Below are positions 18,244 to 28,795 of a stretch of DNA of 64,000 nucleotides, piece by piece (position 1 is the stretch's first letter; every line of letters starts with the position of its first letter). The stretch lies in sequence record MG655267.1; one strand, 5' to 3'. The position numbers and the translations under genes were made by a program. Under the pieces are notes generated by a model. That model saw nothing but the letters and a program-made list of their open reading frames with translations. It had not been told where the DNA came from and did not search any database.

Positions 18244-19218
18244 ATGGCTCAGCAGATCAGCGTGAACGACGTAGTTTATCCGTTCAACCCCCTTAATACC
18301 GTGGCCGGTGCCAAAGGCATTGTGGAGTCCCATACACTTACGCCAGCCAACGGTGTGAACTATGTGACTTTCGTTCCACGCGCAGCCCCTTTCTTTCGCC
18401 GCACCTTAGTACTCAAGAACAAAGCCAACAACCAGGTGTTAGTCGAAGGCCAGCATTATACCCTGGCGTATTTCTTTGCCCCATTCACCCAGCTGGTCTA
18501 TAAAGGTGTCTACGGCGGTATTACAGTCAATGAACTGGATGCGCCAATTGAAGTCGAAGTGACCTACGATACCATCGGCGGGGATTTTGTTCTGGACAGC
18601 ACTGGTTATGCACAGCTGGCTGCTAACCTGGTAAACAACCCGCGTGAACTGGACTGGACACAGATCGCTGATACCCCAGATACGTACCCACCGATCGACC
18701 ATACCCATCCGGCTGACCAAACCCTAAACTACATGGATTACGTTGAGCAACTGCAGGCCATGCAGGCACTGGTCGCCAGCGCCATCGGCGGGTATGTGGC
18801 CTCCCTCAACACCCACATCGACACCCAAGGTAATGCCCATGGCATGAAGCCGATTGATATCGGACTGGGTAATGTGATGAACTGGGCACCGGCTACGACC
18901 GAAGATATCCCAGGGGGCGGGACAACGTTGTATGCCTCACTGGCGATTGTGAAACAAGCCTTCCAGTACATGTACGGCGGCTTAACCACCCCGGCATTGA
19001 AGAGTGCGATTCTCAATGACTACCTGTCAGCAGAATCCGTGGTCCGTACCTTAACGGTATTGAATGAAGGCGCGTTACTGAACACCGATGAAGTGGCGAA
19101 CTTTGGTTTGTGGAAAACCTACCGGGCACAGATGTTGATCAAAGCATCAACCGGCAATACCACCGTGCTCACTCCGCCAGCGGTAAACGGAGCGTTCTCA
19201 CGACTGTTAGGAGTCTAA
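18244..19218 (+). CDS. Virion baseplate/fibre-attachment protein
   Basis: YPFNP...GIVESHTL N-domain, YPPIDHTHP and HIDTQGNAHG motifs shared with the next three ORFs. Confidence 0.6.
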   Translation: MAQQISVNDVVYPFNPLNTVAGAKGIVESHTLTPANGVNYVTFVPRAAPFFRRTLVLKNKANNQVLVEGQHYTLAYFFAPFTQLVYKGVYGGITVNELDAPIEVEVTYDTIGGDFVLDSTGYAQLAANLVNNPRELDWTQIADTPDTYPPIDHTHPADQTLNYMDYVEQLQAMQALVASAIGGYVASLNTHIDTQGNAHGMKPIDIGLGNVMNWAPATTEDIPGGGTTLYASLAIVKQAFQYMYGGLTTPALKSAILNDYLSAESVVRTLTVLNEGALLNTDEVANFGLWKTYRAQMLIKASTGNTTVLTPPAVNGAFSRLLGV

Positions 19219-19219
19219 C

Positions 19220-20482
19220 ATGAGCAGTACTTTATTTCCTGATGTACGTCGGTTGGAGTTTGACCGCTCAGGCATTAGCGCTGACAATCACATCACGGAC
19301 GATTACATTGATCTGCCTGTAGCGGGATCAAACCGGGCGATCGTGTTAAAGCATGGTGCGTTCTATACCGACTCATTGATATTGAAAGATGACAGCGGCA
19401 ATATTCTGGAGAAATGGGTGGATTACCAACCTGTCTATCCTTATAACCGCCCTGAGCTCAATATCACTGAGATGACCGGCAAGGACAACGCAGCGTTTAT
19501 CATGATCCTCAATGCCAGTCTGACTGGGCGGGTGATCGCTGATTATCAGGCAGTGGGGATTCCAAGCGGGATCGCTAACCGGGACTTGATCGATATCCTG
19601 GATGCGATTGCCAAAGATGCGCGTAAGTATTACTGGGATGATATCTTTGATAAGCCCGATAAGTTCCCGCCATCTCCACACCCATTGGATATCAAAGACA
19701 CCTACAACTGGGCGCCGATGACAGAAGCCATGGCACGGTTCGTGGATTGTTTGAAACACCTTGATCGTCTGCCAACCATCCAGGACTACATCGATCAGAT
19801 CGACACGGTGTATAAGGACACGTTACCAAAACTCAATGCAGTTTATAGCGCGTTCCTCACCCACCGTCGGAACTACAGTAATCCGCATCTTGATGTGAAG
19901 ACCACGGTAGTTAATCTGAACAATGTGGATGATTTTGATATGGCGTCCTTGGCAGAGGTCATTGCCGGCACATCCAGTGTTAAGTTCATGTCACCGTACA
20001 CCGGCTCGCAAGCGGCTTACAATACCCTGCTGAAGAATGACACCTCGTTAGTGCACGTTAACCGTGTGCCGATGGTGCAGTTCGGGGACCTGAGCACCAC
20101 TGCGATTCCGTATACGATCGCAGGTTTCGTACTGACCATCACGGCGGACGTGCCGGCGATGTTGGCGTCACGGGAGTTCACCCTGAAGAAAGGGGCGATC
20201 GACCTGACCAAGTTTGTCAGTACACCGGCGAACAAGACCCTCTTCCTCTATGTGCGTATCCGTAATGGACAAGCGAGCTATGAGGTCGCGAGTGCAGCAT
20301 CACCTGAGACCACCACGTATATCAACGTAGGACGCATTGTAACCGGTGCATCTGCTATCACGTCTGTTACGATCAATAAGATCTCCGGACTCGGTACCGT
20401 GCGCGTCAGTGAGGCCCAGATTGGTTCTGCGATTGCAGTGACATCTGGACTGCCATCCCAATCGGCGAATTTGAACTGGTAA
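19220..20482 (+). CDS. Tail fibre-associated virion protein
   Basis: FDRSGISADNHI N-domain, FPPSPHPLD, YSNPH; C-terminal domain ending GSAIAVTSGLPSQSANLNW shared with 20536 and 24076. Confidence 0.6.
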   Translation: MSSTLFPDVRRLEFDRSGISADNHITDDYIDLPVAGSNRAIVLKHGAFYTDSLILKDDSGNILEKWVDYQPVYPYNRPELNITEMTGKDNAAFIMILNASLTGRVIADYQAVGIPSGIANRDLIDILDAIAKDARKYYWDDIFDKPDKFPPSPHPLDIKDTYNWAPMTEAMARFVDCLKHLDRLPTIQDYIDQIDTVYKDTLPKLNAVYSAFLTHRRNYSNPHLDVKTTVVNLNNVDDFDMASLAEVIAGTSSVKFMSPYTGSQAAYNTLLKNDTSLVHVNRVPMVQFGDLSTTAIPYTIAGFVLTITADVPAMLASREFTLKKGAIDLTKFVSTPANKTLFLYVRIRNGQASYEVASAASPETTTYINVGRIVTGASAITSVTINKISGLGTVRVSEAQIGSAIAVTSGLPSQSANLNW

Positions 20483-20519
20483 GGGTGAGTGGGTGACCCC
20501 CTCACCCACTTCCCTATGA
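20482..20519 (+). terminator. Stem-loop, variant tail CTATGAC
   Basis: AGTGGGTGA-CCCCC-TCACCCACT, then TCCCTATGAC. Confidence 0.45.
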
Positions 20520-20535
20520 CCCAGGAGAGGTTTCG

Positions 20536-23500
20536 ATGAACACCCCGATTTTAACGAAGTATAAATTTGACCCCACGGGGAAAGATCCCGAGAACCTGAT
20601 TGGTGGCGAACGCCACACTGTTGCGGCGGGCCCAAAGAACAAAATCATCGCCGTGTTTGAAGGTCCCTTTTTCTCAGCCAGTGCCAAAGTGCGCTTGCTT
20701 GACGGCAGCTACCTGGAACCCTGGGTAGACTTCCAACCCGTGCACCATTTCCCTGAAGCCTCCAAACGCACCGGGAAGTCCTGTACGTGCTTTATCAAGA
20801 TCCTCAATGAATCGGTCAATGGGGATGTCTTTATTGAGTACCAGGTGGTGGGGGGCGAGTTCACCTTCAACAGTATCACGCTTGAGAACCTGTTATGGGC
20901 GATCATTAATGATGAGCGTTCGGTCCTGTGGGATAACATCAACAACCGTCCCGCTACGTACCCGCCATCGTATCACACCCATGATATCTTCAATGACACG
21001 TATGGCTGGGATGATCGTATCGCTTTCAGTAACTGGATCTCGGATTACCTGATCCTCGGTGGCGAGCGCTTGAACTACGAAGGCTTTACCAACAAGGTCA
21101 ATGTGGTACTGGATGAGATCACCACCATTCAGGCGAACATCTTAGCCCAAGTTGCTGAGCATGAAGCCGATCACACCAATCCGCATGCCGATACGGCAAA
21201 GACCTTGGGTTACAACAAACTGCAGAACCTGGCCACCGCGAACGAAGTGCAGGCGCTGGAAGGGCAACGTACCGATCTGCGTCTTACCGTGAAGACGGCT
21301 GAAAGCATTCTGGCGGATGCAGTAAAAGGCTATTCGGTCAACCTGATTCACCAGGGGATTATTCCGGTCAGTCGCTTTGGTAACCTGAACTTCTTACAAC
21401 CAGGGATCATCGGGTCGTTTGAAGGGGCGTCGATGGTTGAAGCAGAAGATCACTACGCCCAGAACGTTGAGAATGACGGCACATACATTCGTTTACGTCC
21501 AGGGACCAACGGTGAATCTATTGCGTTGTATTACGACTATGTCACCAACATCCACAACAACATTAATACATTCACCGTCACCAACACCAATAACAAATAC
21601 ACACCTGCCAGTTTGGATCAGGCGTATATTCCGGCGCGCTTATTTGACTGTCAAGGTGATGTAATTGCCGGGATCATGTACAACAAGGCCGCATTGCCGA
21701 GCACTGCTGATTATAAGTACTGGGTGGCGCTGACCAACGGCACACTGGACAGCACCAAACATAACTGCGCGGTTATCAACAATGCCTATTTTACCATGGA
21801 TGACGGCACAACCCAAGACTTTCGTACCGCCTGGACCCAGTTTTGTTTGATAGGTTCTCGGATTTACATCATCCATCAGAATCCAAACATCGCTACTACG
21901 ATGGAGGCCGGTGGTTCAATCTCTGTCAACGCAATTCCCCAATTCTATCTCGGGTATATTAACGTTGCCGATGTAGTGGCCGGCGGTCCGGTGAATGTGA
22001 CTCAACTTACGGGTTGGGCAACAACGCTGTTAGGTCAGACCCGTACAGCAGCTCGCAGTATGCAAATCTGTGATCAGGTGATTGGTCGCTCTAATCAGCA
22101 CGTTCTGGTGCGTTATGACGGAAATCAATACGTCAAAGCACAATACCGCTCATGGCCAGGTGGTTATGGTAAATTGGTTGCCAACACCGACGGTACGTTA
22201 ACCATGTTGGTTGACTTCACCCTCAACGTTGATGGTCGCAACAATTCCAACATCTCAATGTTCCCAATCCGTTTCATTGTGGACTTAAATGCCAAGACTG
22301 TGCGGTCACCCGAAACGATGAACCCGTTTGTGATTATCGACGCCCCTAACAGTAACCTGACCATGACGGTGAATACCAACGGGTCTAACCTGAACATGTT
22401 CAAACTACGCGGGGTAAATGATGGCGGGACGGCACTGACCGGTGATTACCACGGCAGTCGGATGATCACGAAGAAAGGGTATTCAATCTGCACCCATCGC
22501 CAACAATCCACCAACCTCGGTTTGCGGGTTGATGTCCAACAGATCCCGAACTTTACGAACATCGATGCCTACTGGCGCAATCCAGCCGGGTACAGTAATG
22601 TACTGTATCGTTCAGTAGGAGATGACACCTCCTACGGTTCTGAGGCCAAAGGTAACTTACGCTGCCCAATCCTCTTCCCGAACAACCGTTTAGGTTTCTA
22701 CACTCTGGACTCTAGCGGTACGCATTTTGTGTCACAGCCGCTCATTGGCAATGGTGATTTCGTTTATAAACTGATCGGACTTGGAACAGTGCAGGGTTTC
22801 CAGCCCTCGAACGACCGTGTGAAGGCTGTGATTAAGTACCCTACCCGTGAGATCATCACTGAGATCAACGGCGGGTCTGTGGTCACACATTGCCGTTCAA
22901 TCTCTGACGATGCACCCGCGGGACCAGCTAACATTGATTACTTGCTCAATGAATCGGGTAGTATCAGTACCGATGTGAACTATCTGCGGTCGCAGGGTCA
23001 GCGTGTGTTAACTCAACTCGGTATTACGGCAGCTAAGTTCAGATGTATTTTGTTTGTACCGACCGATGGCGGGATGTCATTGATGTTGAAGGTTGTGGGG
23101 TATACTCCCCCGCAAGCTAACGGCATTACTAACACCATCACTGCAATCGCAACTGTGACGTATGGCGGTGCACGTGATGGTGTGTTAGCTGGCTGGACTG
23201 CCAATGTGGATGATATCATTAGCAAACCGGAAGTGGTCGGTACGTCAGATATCTCCCGCATCCAAACGACTTTTGGTTTATTGACATATAAGGTAGGGAA
23301 TGAATACATCGTTGCGATGGGTGGGTTCTATTGCCCTTACACAGTAGGTCCGGCTAACAATTTACCATTAGTGTACTTAAAAATGACTAATGGTCGGATT
23401 GCCGGCAATCCATCTAACCAGTACTTTGTTTCGCCGTACGTCGACTTGCTGTCTAACACACCGTTTGCACTGCCGGGCAAGGGTTTGTTTGTAACTTACT

Positions 23501-24027
23501 CAGACGGGAACTACACCACTCCTGTAACGCCTGATGCGGCGGCTGCGGTAGGTCCGTGCGCGATTGTGGTTGCGGGTCAGGGCGAGGATTTCGAGAAAGT
23601 ACGGCAATGGACTATTCCAGGCAACTCTACGATGGTGCTGTTGTCACAAACAGTAGAACAAGGCTGGATCTTGTACTTTGCTGAAGAGATCCCGGTGATT
23701 CTGAATGGGCGGGAGTACGCCTTACCGATCACCAGTATCGACCTGCGTAATGTGAAAGCTAACCCGGCGAGCACCACCTTCTTTGTCTACATTGAAGCTG
23801 TGGATGCAACTACTGCGAAGTACACCATCTCAGCCACGGAGTTGGCGGCTGCGACCACACGGATGTTCATTGGCACGGTAGCAACCAATACGTCACAGAT
23901 CAACACGATCAACGTGACCAAGCGATCGGGTCTGAATAAGTACCAGATCTCTGCGGTGAAAGCCGGATCGTCTATTCCGGTGTCAACCGGCTTGCCGTTC
24001 CAACGCGGTAACTGGAGTCAGGAATAA
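20536..24027 (+). CDS. Long tail fibre protein (phiKZ gp145/146-like)
   Basis: 1163 aa; FDPTGKDPENLI N-domain, HTNPH, beta-rich body, conserved C-terminal GSSIPVSTGLP domain. Confidence 0.7.
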   Translation: MNTPILTKYKFDPTGKDPENLIGGERHTVAAGPKNKIIAVFEGPFFSASAKVRLLDGSYLEPWVDFQPVHHFPEASKRTGKSCTCFIKILNESVNGDVFIEYQVVGGEFTFNSITLENLLWAIINDERSVLWDNINNRPATYPPSYHTHDIFNDTYGWDDRIAFSNWISDYLILGGERLNYEGFTNKVNVVLDEITTIQANILAQVAEHEADHTNPHADTAKTLGYNKLQNLATANEVQALEGQRTDLRLTVKTAESILADAVKGYSVNLIHQGIIPVSRFGNLNFLQPGIIGSFEGASMVEAEDHYAQNVENDGTYIRLRPGTNGESIALYYDYVTNIHNNINTFTVTNTNNKYTPASLDQAYIPARLFDCQGDVIAGIMYNKAALPSTADYKYWVALTNGTLDSTKHNCAVINNAYFTMDDGTTQDFRTAWTQFCLIGSRIYIIHQNPNIATTMEAGGSISVNAIPQFYLGYINVADVVAGGPVNVTQLTGWATTLLGQTRTAARSMQICDQVIGRSNQHVLVRYDGNQYVKAQYRSWPGGYGKLVANTDGTLTMLVDFTLNVDGRNNSNISMFPIRFIVDLNAKTVRSPETMNPFVIIDAPNSNLTMTVNTNGSNLNMFKLRGVNDGGTALTGDYHGSRMITKKGYSICTHRQQSTNLGLRVDVQQIPNFTNIDAYWRNPAGYSNVLYRSVGDDTSYGSEAKGNLRCPILFPNNRLGFYTLDSSGTHFVSQPLIGNGDFVYKLIGLGTVQGFQPSNDRVKAVIKYPTREIITEINGGSVVTHCRSISDDAPAGPANIDYLLNESGSISTDVNYLRSQGQRVLTQLGITAAKFRCILFVPTDGGMSLMLKVVGYTPPQANGITNTITAIATVTYGGARDGVLAGWTANVDDIISKPEVVGTSDISRIQTTFGLLTYKVGNEYIVAMGGFYCPYTVGPANNLPLVYLKMTNGRIAGNPSNQYFVSPYVDLLSNTPFALPGKGLFVTYSDGNYTTPVTPDAAAAVGPCAIVVAGQGEDFEKVRQWTIPGNSTMVLLSQTVEQGWILYFAEEIPVILNGREYALPITSIDLRNVKANPASTTFFVYIEAVDATTAKYTISATELAAATTRMFIGTVATNTSQINTINVTKRSGLNKYQISAVKAGSSIPVSTGLPFQRGNWSQE

Positions 24028-24034
24028 CCAGCAC

Positions 24035-24059
24035 GGGGGAGGTGACTCCCCCTTTCTTT
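24035..24059 (+). terminator. Canonical intrinsic terminator
   Basis: GGGGGAG-GTGA-CTCCCCC followed by TTTCTTT. Confidence 0.65.
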
Positions 24060-24075
24060 ATTGAAAGGAGTTGCC

Positions 24076-27000
24076 ATGAGCAGCAACCTTGTGGTCGAGC
24101 CAGGCAGTTGGGGTGAGTTCTATGCCTCGATTGAAGCTTTGACCTGGAAGTTACAAAACTCACGTTATTCTCAGTATGATCTGGCTTCCACGGTGATGGT
24201 CAACTTTGAAAACGATGTTGATGATCTGGTAACCAGTGCACAGACCCTTTTAGCCAGTCATCAGGCACGTCGGGATAATGTCCATCAGGTGAACGCCGAG
24301 CAGTTGGGGTTTGGCTTAGTCGATAACTTTAAAACTGCAACCGTAGCACAAGCCGGCGAAGGCGGATACCCCAATCTCTTTGTTACCCCACAGGGGTTTA
24401 ATGCCCTGGCGAGTAAAGTGTTTGCAGATTTCGGTTCATCACTTCATCATCAAGGGATCAACCCAATCTCGTCGTTTGGTTCGCTGTCTTTCCTCCCCCC
24501 TGACGTCTCCGGTTCTTTTGAAGGTTCAGGTCAGGTATCGGGAAACTCAGCCAGTCCAATGATCATTGAAGACGATGGAACATTAGTGGGGTTGCGCTAC
24601 GGTACCACAGGCACCACCGAAGGATTGTACTACTTCTACTTACCAACCGCTGAAGACCGTATTGATAACGCGTCTGTTATTCGCACCAACTTTAAGTATG
24701 CACCTGCAAACTTACCGGCGGGGGCTTATTGCACCGATGTTTACAATACCGAGTCGGATGTGCTGCTGGGGAATATCAAAGGGTCATCGAGCTACAATTG
24801 GTTTATCTCCATTACCAACGGGACGTTTGACGCCACCAAACACAACACCGCTTACTTCACTATCAACGGTGATTCGGACCTTGCTTACCTGGGTAAGTAT
24901 TCCACGGCGCTGGTTGTCAATGGCTATGTTTATATTTTCGGCATGTTGGATGACGGCTTTACCACCAACCGACCTATTGGTGGTGAGTTGAAAAACACCC
25001 AACCCATTGACATGGTGGTGTGGCGCGTTGCAGTAAGCAGTATCATTAATAACAATGCGGTGACTCTTGAAAAGATCAGTACTTGGTCTACCAAAGATAT
25101 CTGGGGTGACACAACCAGCAATCCCCGTATTCAGCTCAGTAAAATCGCGATCAGTGAGAATGCAGCTGACAAACCGTATGTGCAGGTGAATGGCACGCTG
25201 GTGCGCTCAGTAATCGTTCGTAATGCCCAGCGTCGTCTGTTTGCCGTGGTTGACCCAAGCAACCCTAACCGTATTCGGTTGGCTGTTAATCACACCTTTT
25301 ATGCGCAGCTCTCAACCGGCAGCAGTTATAACGGCAGTTGTGCGTTGAGCCTGTTGCTGGATCTGACTGCAAAGACCGCAGTGGTGGAAGATAACGCCAA
25401 CCGTATCCTGGTCGGTGTAAGTGGCCAGACGGTTACTGTGTCCGGCAATACCCTACTGACTGATAATCTGTTAACAGGCTCGGCACTAGGGGGTAACTGG
25501 CATCCAAACGTCACGTTGACCTCACGCGGGTATCTGTTCTGTCGCACCTCAGGTAACCAGCCAGATGAGAACCCACGGTTCAGTAAAGGACTGATCACCA
25601 ACTTTACTACCCGGTTTGAAGCGATGCGGATTCGGTCACGTCAAGTGCGCCAGATAACCCTGGTTACCGACCCACTGGTTACCGGTACGGCACTGACCAA
25701 CAACTTCATGAAGCCACAGTACTTGGCCGGTAATGCGTTGTTGCTCACCAGTAACCCGTACAAGACGCCCGGGTATTACGCTTACGGTACGACTAAACGG
25801 GTATTGCTTACCGGGTCACCTACCTTTAACTACACGCTGAACTCCGGTGTGACGTTACAGGGCTGGGCGCCTAACAGCAACCGTTATGAGATCACCGATG
25901 CCAACAACCCACCCCGCAATCGCTTTTACCACATCATCACCCAGGTTGACAGTGCCGGTAATGTGACCTCCAGTCCGTCAGTGTTGTCAGATGGTAGTTC
26001 TGCACAAGTGGGCACTTCCATTGACGCTAACCTGAACATCACCGGCTCGATCACTTTTAACCAGGCTGAACTGAACACCGTGGCGAAAGCGGCGTGTCAG
26101 ACTGCCTTGGGGGCTGCGCCGTCGTTGTGGCGTGGTTTGATCTATGTCCCGCAGGATACCGCGGTGCCGTTGATCATGGTGTGTACCGGTGAAGTACTGC
26201 GCAGTGACGGTAACGGTTATCGGGTGAATCACTCGTTGGTTGAGTTAACGTACACCGGTGCGCGTTCAGGGAACATTACTGGCTATACCGTGAAGCGGGT
26301 ACTCAACTCACAGCTCAATGACCAGCAACCAACCGGCGTGCCGTTAGAGCTGGCGTGTAACGGTGGGTTGAACATCTACAAAACAGCGGCCGGCGATTAT
26401 CTGCTGGGGATTGGCGAACCTACCTTCCATCAGACCTACGGTGGGATCTACGGTTATGTCTGGTATGCGGCGATCAAAGCAGGCACAGGCACCATTGAAG
26501 ACAGTTCGTTAAAAGCCTTTAACCATGGCTATTATCCGACGTCCGTCAACCCAACCCCGGTTGTGGTGCCGGGTTATGGTTTGTGTGTAATGGATTATCA
26601 GACGCAGCAGGCTAACGCCAACGCCCTGATGATTGTGGATGTGATGGCGGCAACCTACGCCGAGTTTGTTGCCTGGACGTCCAAGCGTAAGCTGGTCTTA
26701 ACCGCACAACAGGTAGAGCAAGGGTATCTTGTTTACTTCACGGCACCCACTCAGGTGTTCATGGCTGGTAACGAATACACCCTGCCTGCGGGTAACATTG
26801 ACCTGCGTACCATCACTGCCAATCCTGCCAGTAAGACGTTCTATGTTTACGTGCAGTTAGTCGACGAGCAGGTACAATACCTGATCACCCTCGATCAACT
26901 CGCCCCAACCATAACGTTGATGTACATTGGCAAGATTACCACCAACACCACGCAAATCAGTAGCATTGCTGTTGATAAACGTATCCGCATCGAAACCTTC

Positions 27001-27531
27001 GAATTGTCAGCTACCCACATCGGGTCGGGTATTCCGATCACGACAGGCGTGCCGTCAACCGCGGGTAACTTTGCATGGCGTAATGGTTACTTGAAACTGA
27101 TGAGCTTTGCAATGCAGCTGGACTATAATGGTATTGTGACAGTGAATCTGAGAACGGGTGCGGTAACCATTGAAATGAGTGTCTCTGGTACACCACCAGA
27201 TTCTGTGAGCAGAACAAGAACACAGACTGTCTGGTCTACTGGTGAGACCTGGGTGCCTGGTCTGGTGACGGTGGGGACCGAAGCATCAGGGGCAAGCGAT
27301 GCATTCAATACGTACGCGAGTACATCGAAAACCTTCCCAGCTCTGGCGAGGTCAGATATCGCAAACAGTACTGGGCTTGCAGTTATGATGGGTAACGAAA
27401 GTAACCCAACTAACAAAGGCGTCTTTACTCAGCAGCCAAGTGCAGCCAATGACTATACCCTTAAGTGGAAAGTCACTGATACACCGGGTGGCGCTGGCGA
27501 ATACACCTTTGATCTGTATGTGAAATACTAA
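24076..27531 (+). CDS. Long tail fibre protein, paralog of 20536 with extra C-terminal domain
   Basis: ATG 24076 with AAGGAG; HQGINPISSFGSLSFLPPDVSGSFEG matches HQGIIPVSRFGNLNFLQPGIIGSFEG of 20536. Confidence 0.7.
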   Translation: MSSNLVVEPGSWGEFYASIEALTWKLQNSRYSQYDLASTVMVNFENDVDDLVTSAQTLLASHQARRDNVHQVNAEQLGFGLVDNFKTATVAQAGEGGYPNLFVTPQGFNALASKVFADFGSSLHHQGINPISSFGSLSFLPPDVSGSFEGSGQVSGNSASPMIIEDDGTLVGLRYGTTGTTEGLYYFYLPTAEDRIDNASVIRTNFKYAPANLPAGAYCTDVYNTESDVLLGNIKGSSSYNWFISITNGTFDATKHNTAYFTINGDSDLAYLGKYSTALVVNGYVYIFGMLDDGFTTNRPIGGELKNTQPIDMVVWRVAVSSIINNNAVTLEKISTWSTKDIWGDTTSNPRIQLSKIAISENAADKPYVQVNGTLVRSVIVRNAQRRLFAVVDPSNPNRIRLAVNHTFYAQLSTGSSYNGSCALSLLLDLTAKTAVVEDNANRILVGVSGQTVTVSGNTLLTDNLLTGSALGGNWHPNVTLTSRGYLFCRTSGNQPDENPRFSKGLITNFTTRFEAMRIRSRQVRQITLVTDPLVTGTALTNNFMKPQYLAGNALLLTSNPYKTPGYYAYGTTKRVLLTGSPTFNYTLNSGVTLQGWAPNSNRYEITDANNPPRNRFYHIITQVDSAGNVTSSPSVLSDGSSAQVGTSIDANLNITGSITFNQAELNTVAKAACQTALGAAPSLWRGLIYVPQDTAVPLIMVCTGEVLRSDGNGYRVNHSLVELTYTGARSGNITGYTVKRVLNSQLNDQQPTGVPLELACNGGLNIYKTAAGDYLLGIGEPTFHQTYGGIYGYVWYAAIKAGTGTIEDSSLKAFNHGYYPTSVNPTPVVVPGYGLCVMDYQTQQANANALMIVDVMAATYAEFVAWTSKRKLVLTAQQVEQGYLVYFTAPTQVFMAGNEYTLPAGNIDLRTITANPASKTFYVYVQLVDEQVQYLITLDQLAPTITLMYIGKITTNTTQISSIAVDKRIRIETFELSATHIGSGIPITTGVPSTAGNFAWRNGYLKLMSFAMQLDYNGIVTVNLRTGAVTIEMSVSGTPPDSVSRTRTQTVWSTGETWVPGLVTVGTEASGASDAFNTYASTSKTFPALARSDIANSTGLAVMMGNESNPTNKGVFTQQPSAANDYTLKWKVTDTPGGAGEYTFDLYVKY

Positions 27532-27533
27532 AT

Positions 27534-27579
27534 CGGCATAGAGGGAGAGGCTAACACCTCTCCCTCGTGCTTTATGCCG
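27534..27579. terminator. Bidirectional terminator
   Basis: CGGCATA-GAGGGAGAGG-CTAACA-CCTCTCCCTC-GTGCTTTATGCCG between convergent genes. Confidence 0.8.
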
Positions 27580-27580
27580 A

Positions 27581-28519
27581 TTAAACAGGACCACCAGTTT
27601 CTGAACCGCCTTTCTGTACCCCGCCGTGCAGGTGGCCGGTTAGTGAAATCCCGGCTGCGACAACATCCGCTGGGGTGTTTAAACCGCCAGAGGTCTCAAT
27701 GTGACCATTGTGGTCGATGTCACCAATCATACTGATCCCGCCTGGAGAATTGATCGTGGTTTTATTAGTAATAAGCTCGAAGGATTCATTAGCCGTGATC
27801 TTCATGGTTTTGCACAACATGGAAATCAATTCTTGGGCAGTGAGATTGAAGTTCTCTTGCGCAATGATTTCAATGTTCTTTTTGCTCATGGTGATCAGAC
27901 ACTTGTCAGTATTGGTGATCTGCCATAACGCTTCAAGCGAGTTCAGGACCAGGTTGTTGTCCAGGTCATCCGCCAATGAGAAGATCGCTTCACCATAATC
28001 CGCCTTGATGACATACTGGACTTGTTCGCCATTCATCTTCGAGTTGGACATCATGAAGTGTTTTTTATGAGAGGACCATTCAATGAAGTACCAGTCTCCT
28101 TCACCGATGTTCTTGTCTTCGGTGGTAGCAGGCGACCCACTCAAGGCAATGATGATGGTCTCTAAACGCCGCAAATCATCATCCAGACCCGTTTCCGTCC
28201 AGTAGTACTTGTCCTCGTCACCAATCTGCCAGATCACGACACGTTCACCTTTGACCACATCGGGGGCGGTGACGCGGTTAGAACGGAATGGGAACCAGAT
28301 TGCTGCGATAGTGGAGTCCGTTACCACTTTGTCTTGGGTGCTGTCACCCGACGAGGTCTTGCCATTATGGGTGATGACCTGTGGGTTCACTTCAGCTTCA
28401 CCCGACATCATCGGTGCAGTTTCACGGGGAATAACTTGAATCTCTTTGCTGTTGGTGCTCTTGACTGCAGCCACCACACCCATAGAGTAAAATTTAAGAA
28501 CCGATACGTTACTGGCCAT
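27581..28519 (-). CDS. Baseplate central spike (gp5/gpV-like; phiKZ gp164-like)
   Basis: OB-like N-domain RVTAPDVVKGERVVIW, beta-helix-like middle, C-terminal HxH metal-binding tip LTGHLHGGVQKG. Confidence 0.8.
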   Translation of the reverse strand: MASNVSVLKFYSMGVVAAVKSTNSKEIQVIPRETAPMMSGEAEVNPQVITHNGKTSSGDSTQDKVVTDSTIAAIWFPFRSNRVTAPDVVKGERVVIWQIGDEDKYYWTETGLDDDLRRLETIIIALSGSPATTEDKNIGEGDWYFIEWSSHKKHFMMSNSKMNGEQVQYVIKADYGEAIFSLADDLDNNLVLNSLEALWQITNTDKCLITMSKKNIEIIAQENFNLTAQELISMLCKTMKITANESFELITNKTTINSPGGISMIGDIDHNGHIETSGGLNTPADVVAAGISLTGHLHGGVQKGGSETGGPV

Positions 28520-28592
28520 AGCTAACCCTAATGTTATTTTTTACGTAACCCGACCATTCTATAAACCAGATCGAATTAATAGGAATCGATAA

Positions 28593-28784
28593 ATGAACCA
28601 AGTCTTCTTTATTGAGGCAGCGCCTCAGCGTTTACCGCAGTGGCTCAACCAAGCGATTCTTGACGGCCGTGTTCTTGTGCGCGGTGACTCCGTAGTAGAC
28701 TACCCGTTTTATGTAGTCGACGGACAGGTCGCAACAGTCGGCCAGAGCCTGGTCTTTGACGGGCAAACTATCACCATTAACTAG
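28593..28784 (+). CDS. Small hypothetical protein (63 aa)
   Basis: AGGA RBS; directly upstream of SbcC. Confidence 0.55.
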   Translation: MNQVFFIEAAPQRLPQWLNQAILDGRVLVRGDSVVDYPFYVVDGQVATVGQSLVFDGQTITIN

Positions 28785-28795
28785 CGGCGCACATC

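Noticed and set aside
20536-27531. Diversity-generating retroelement acting on tail fibres
   Set aside because: No reverse transcriptase and no near-identical TR/VR pair in the window
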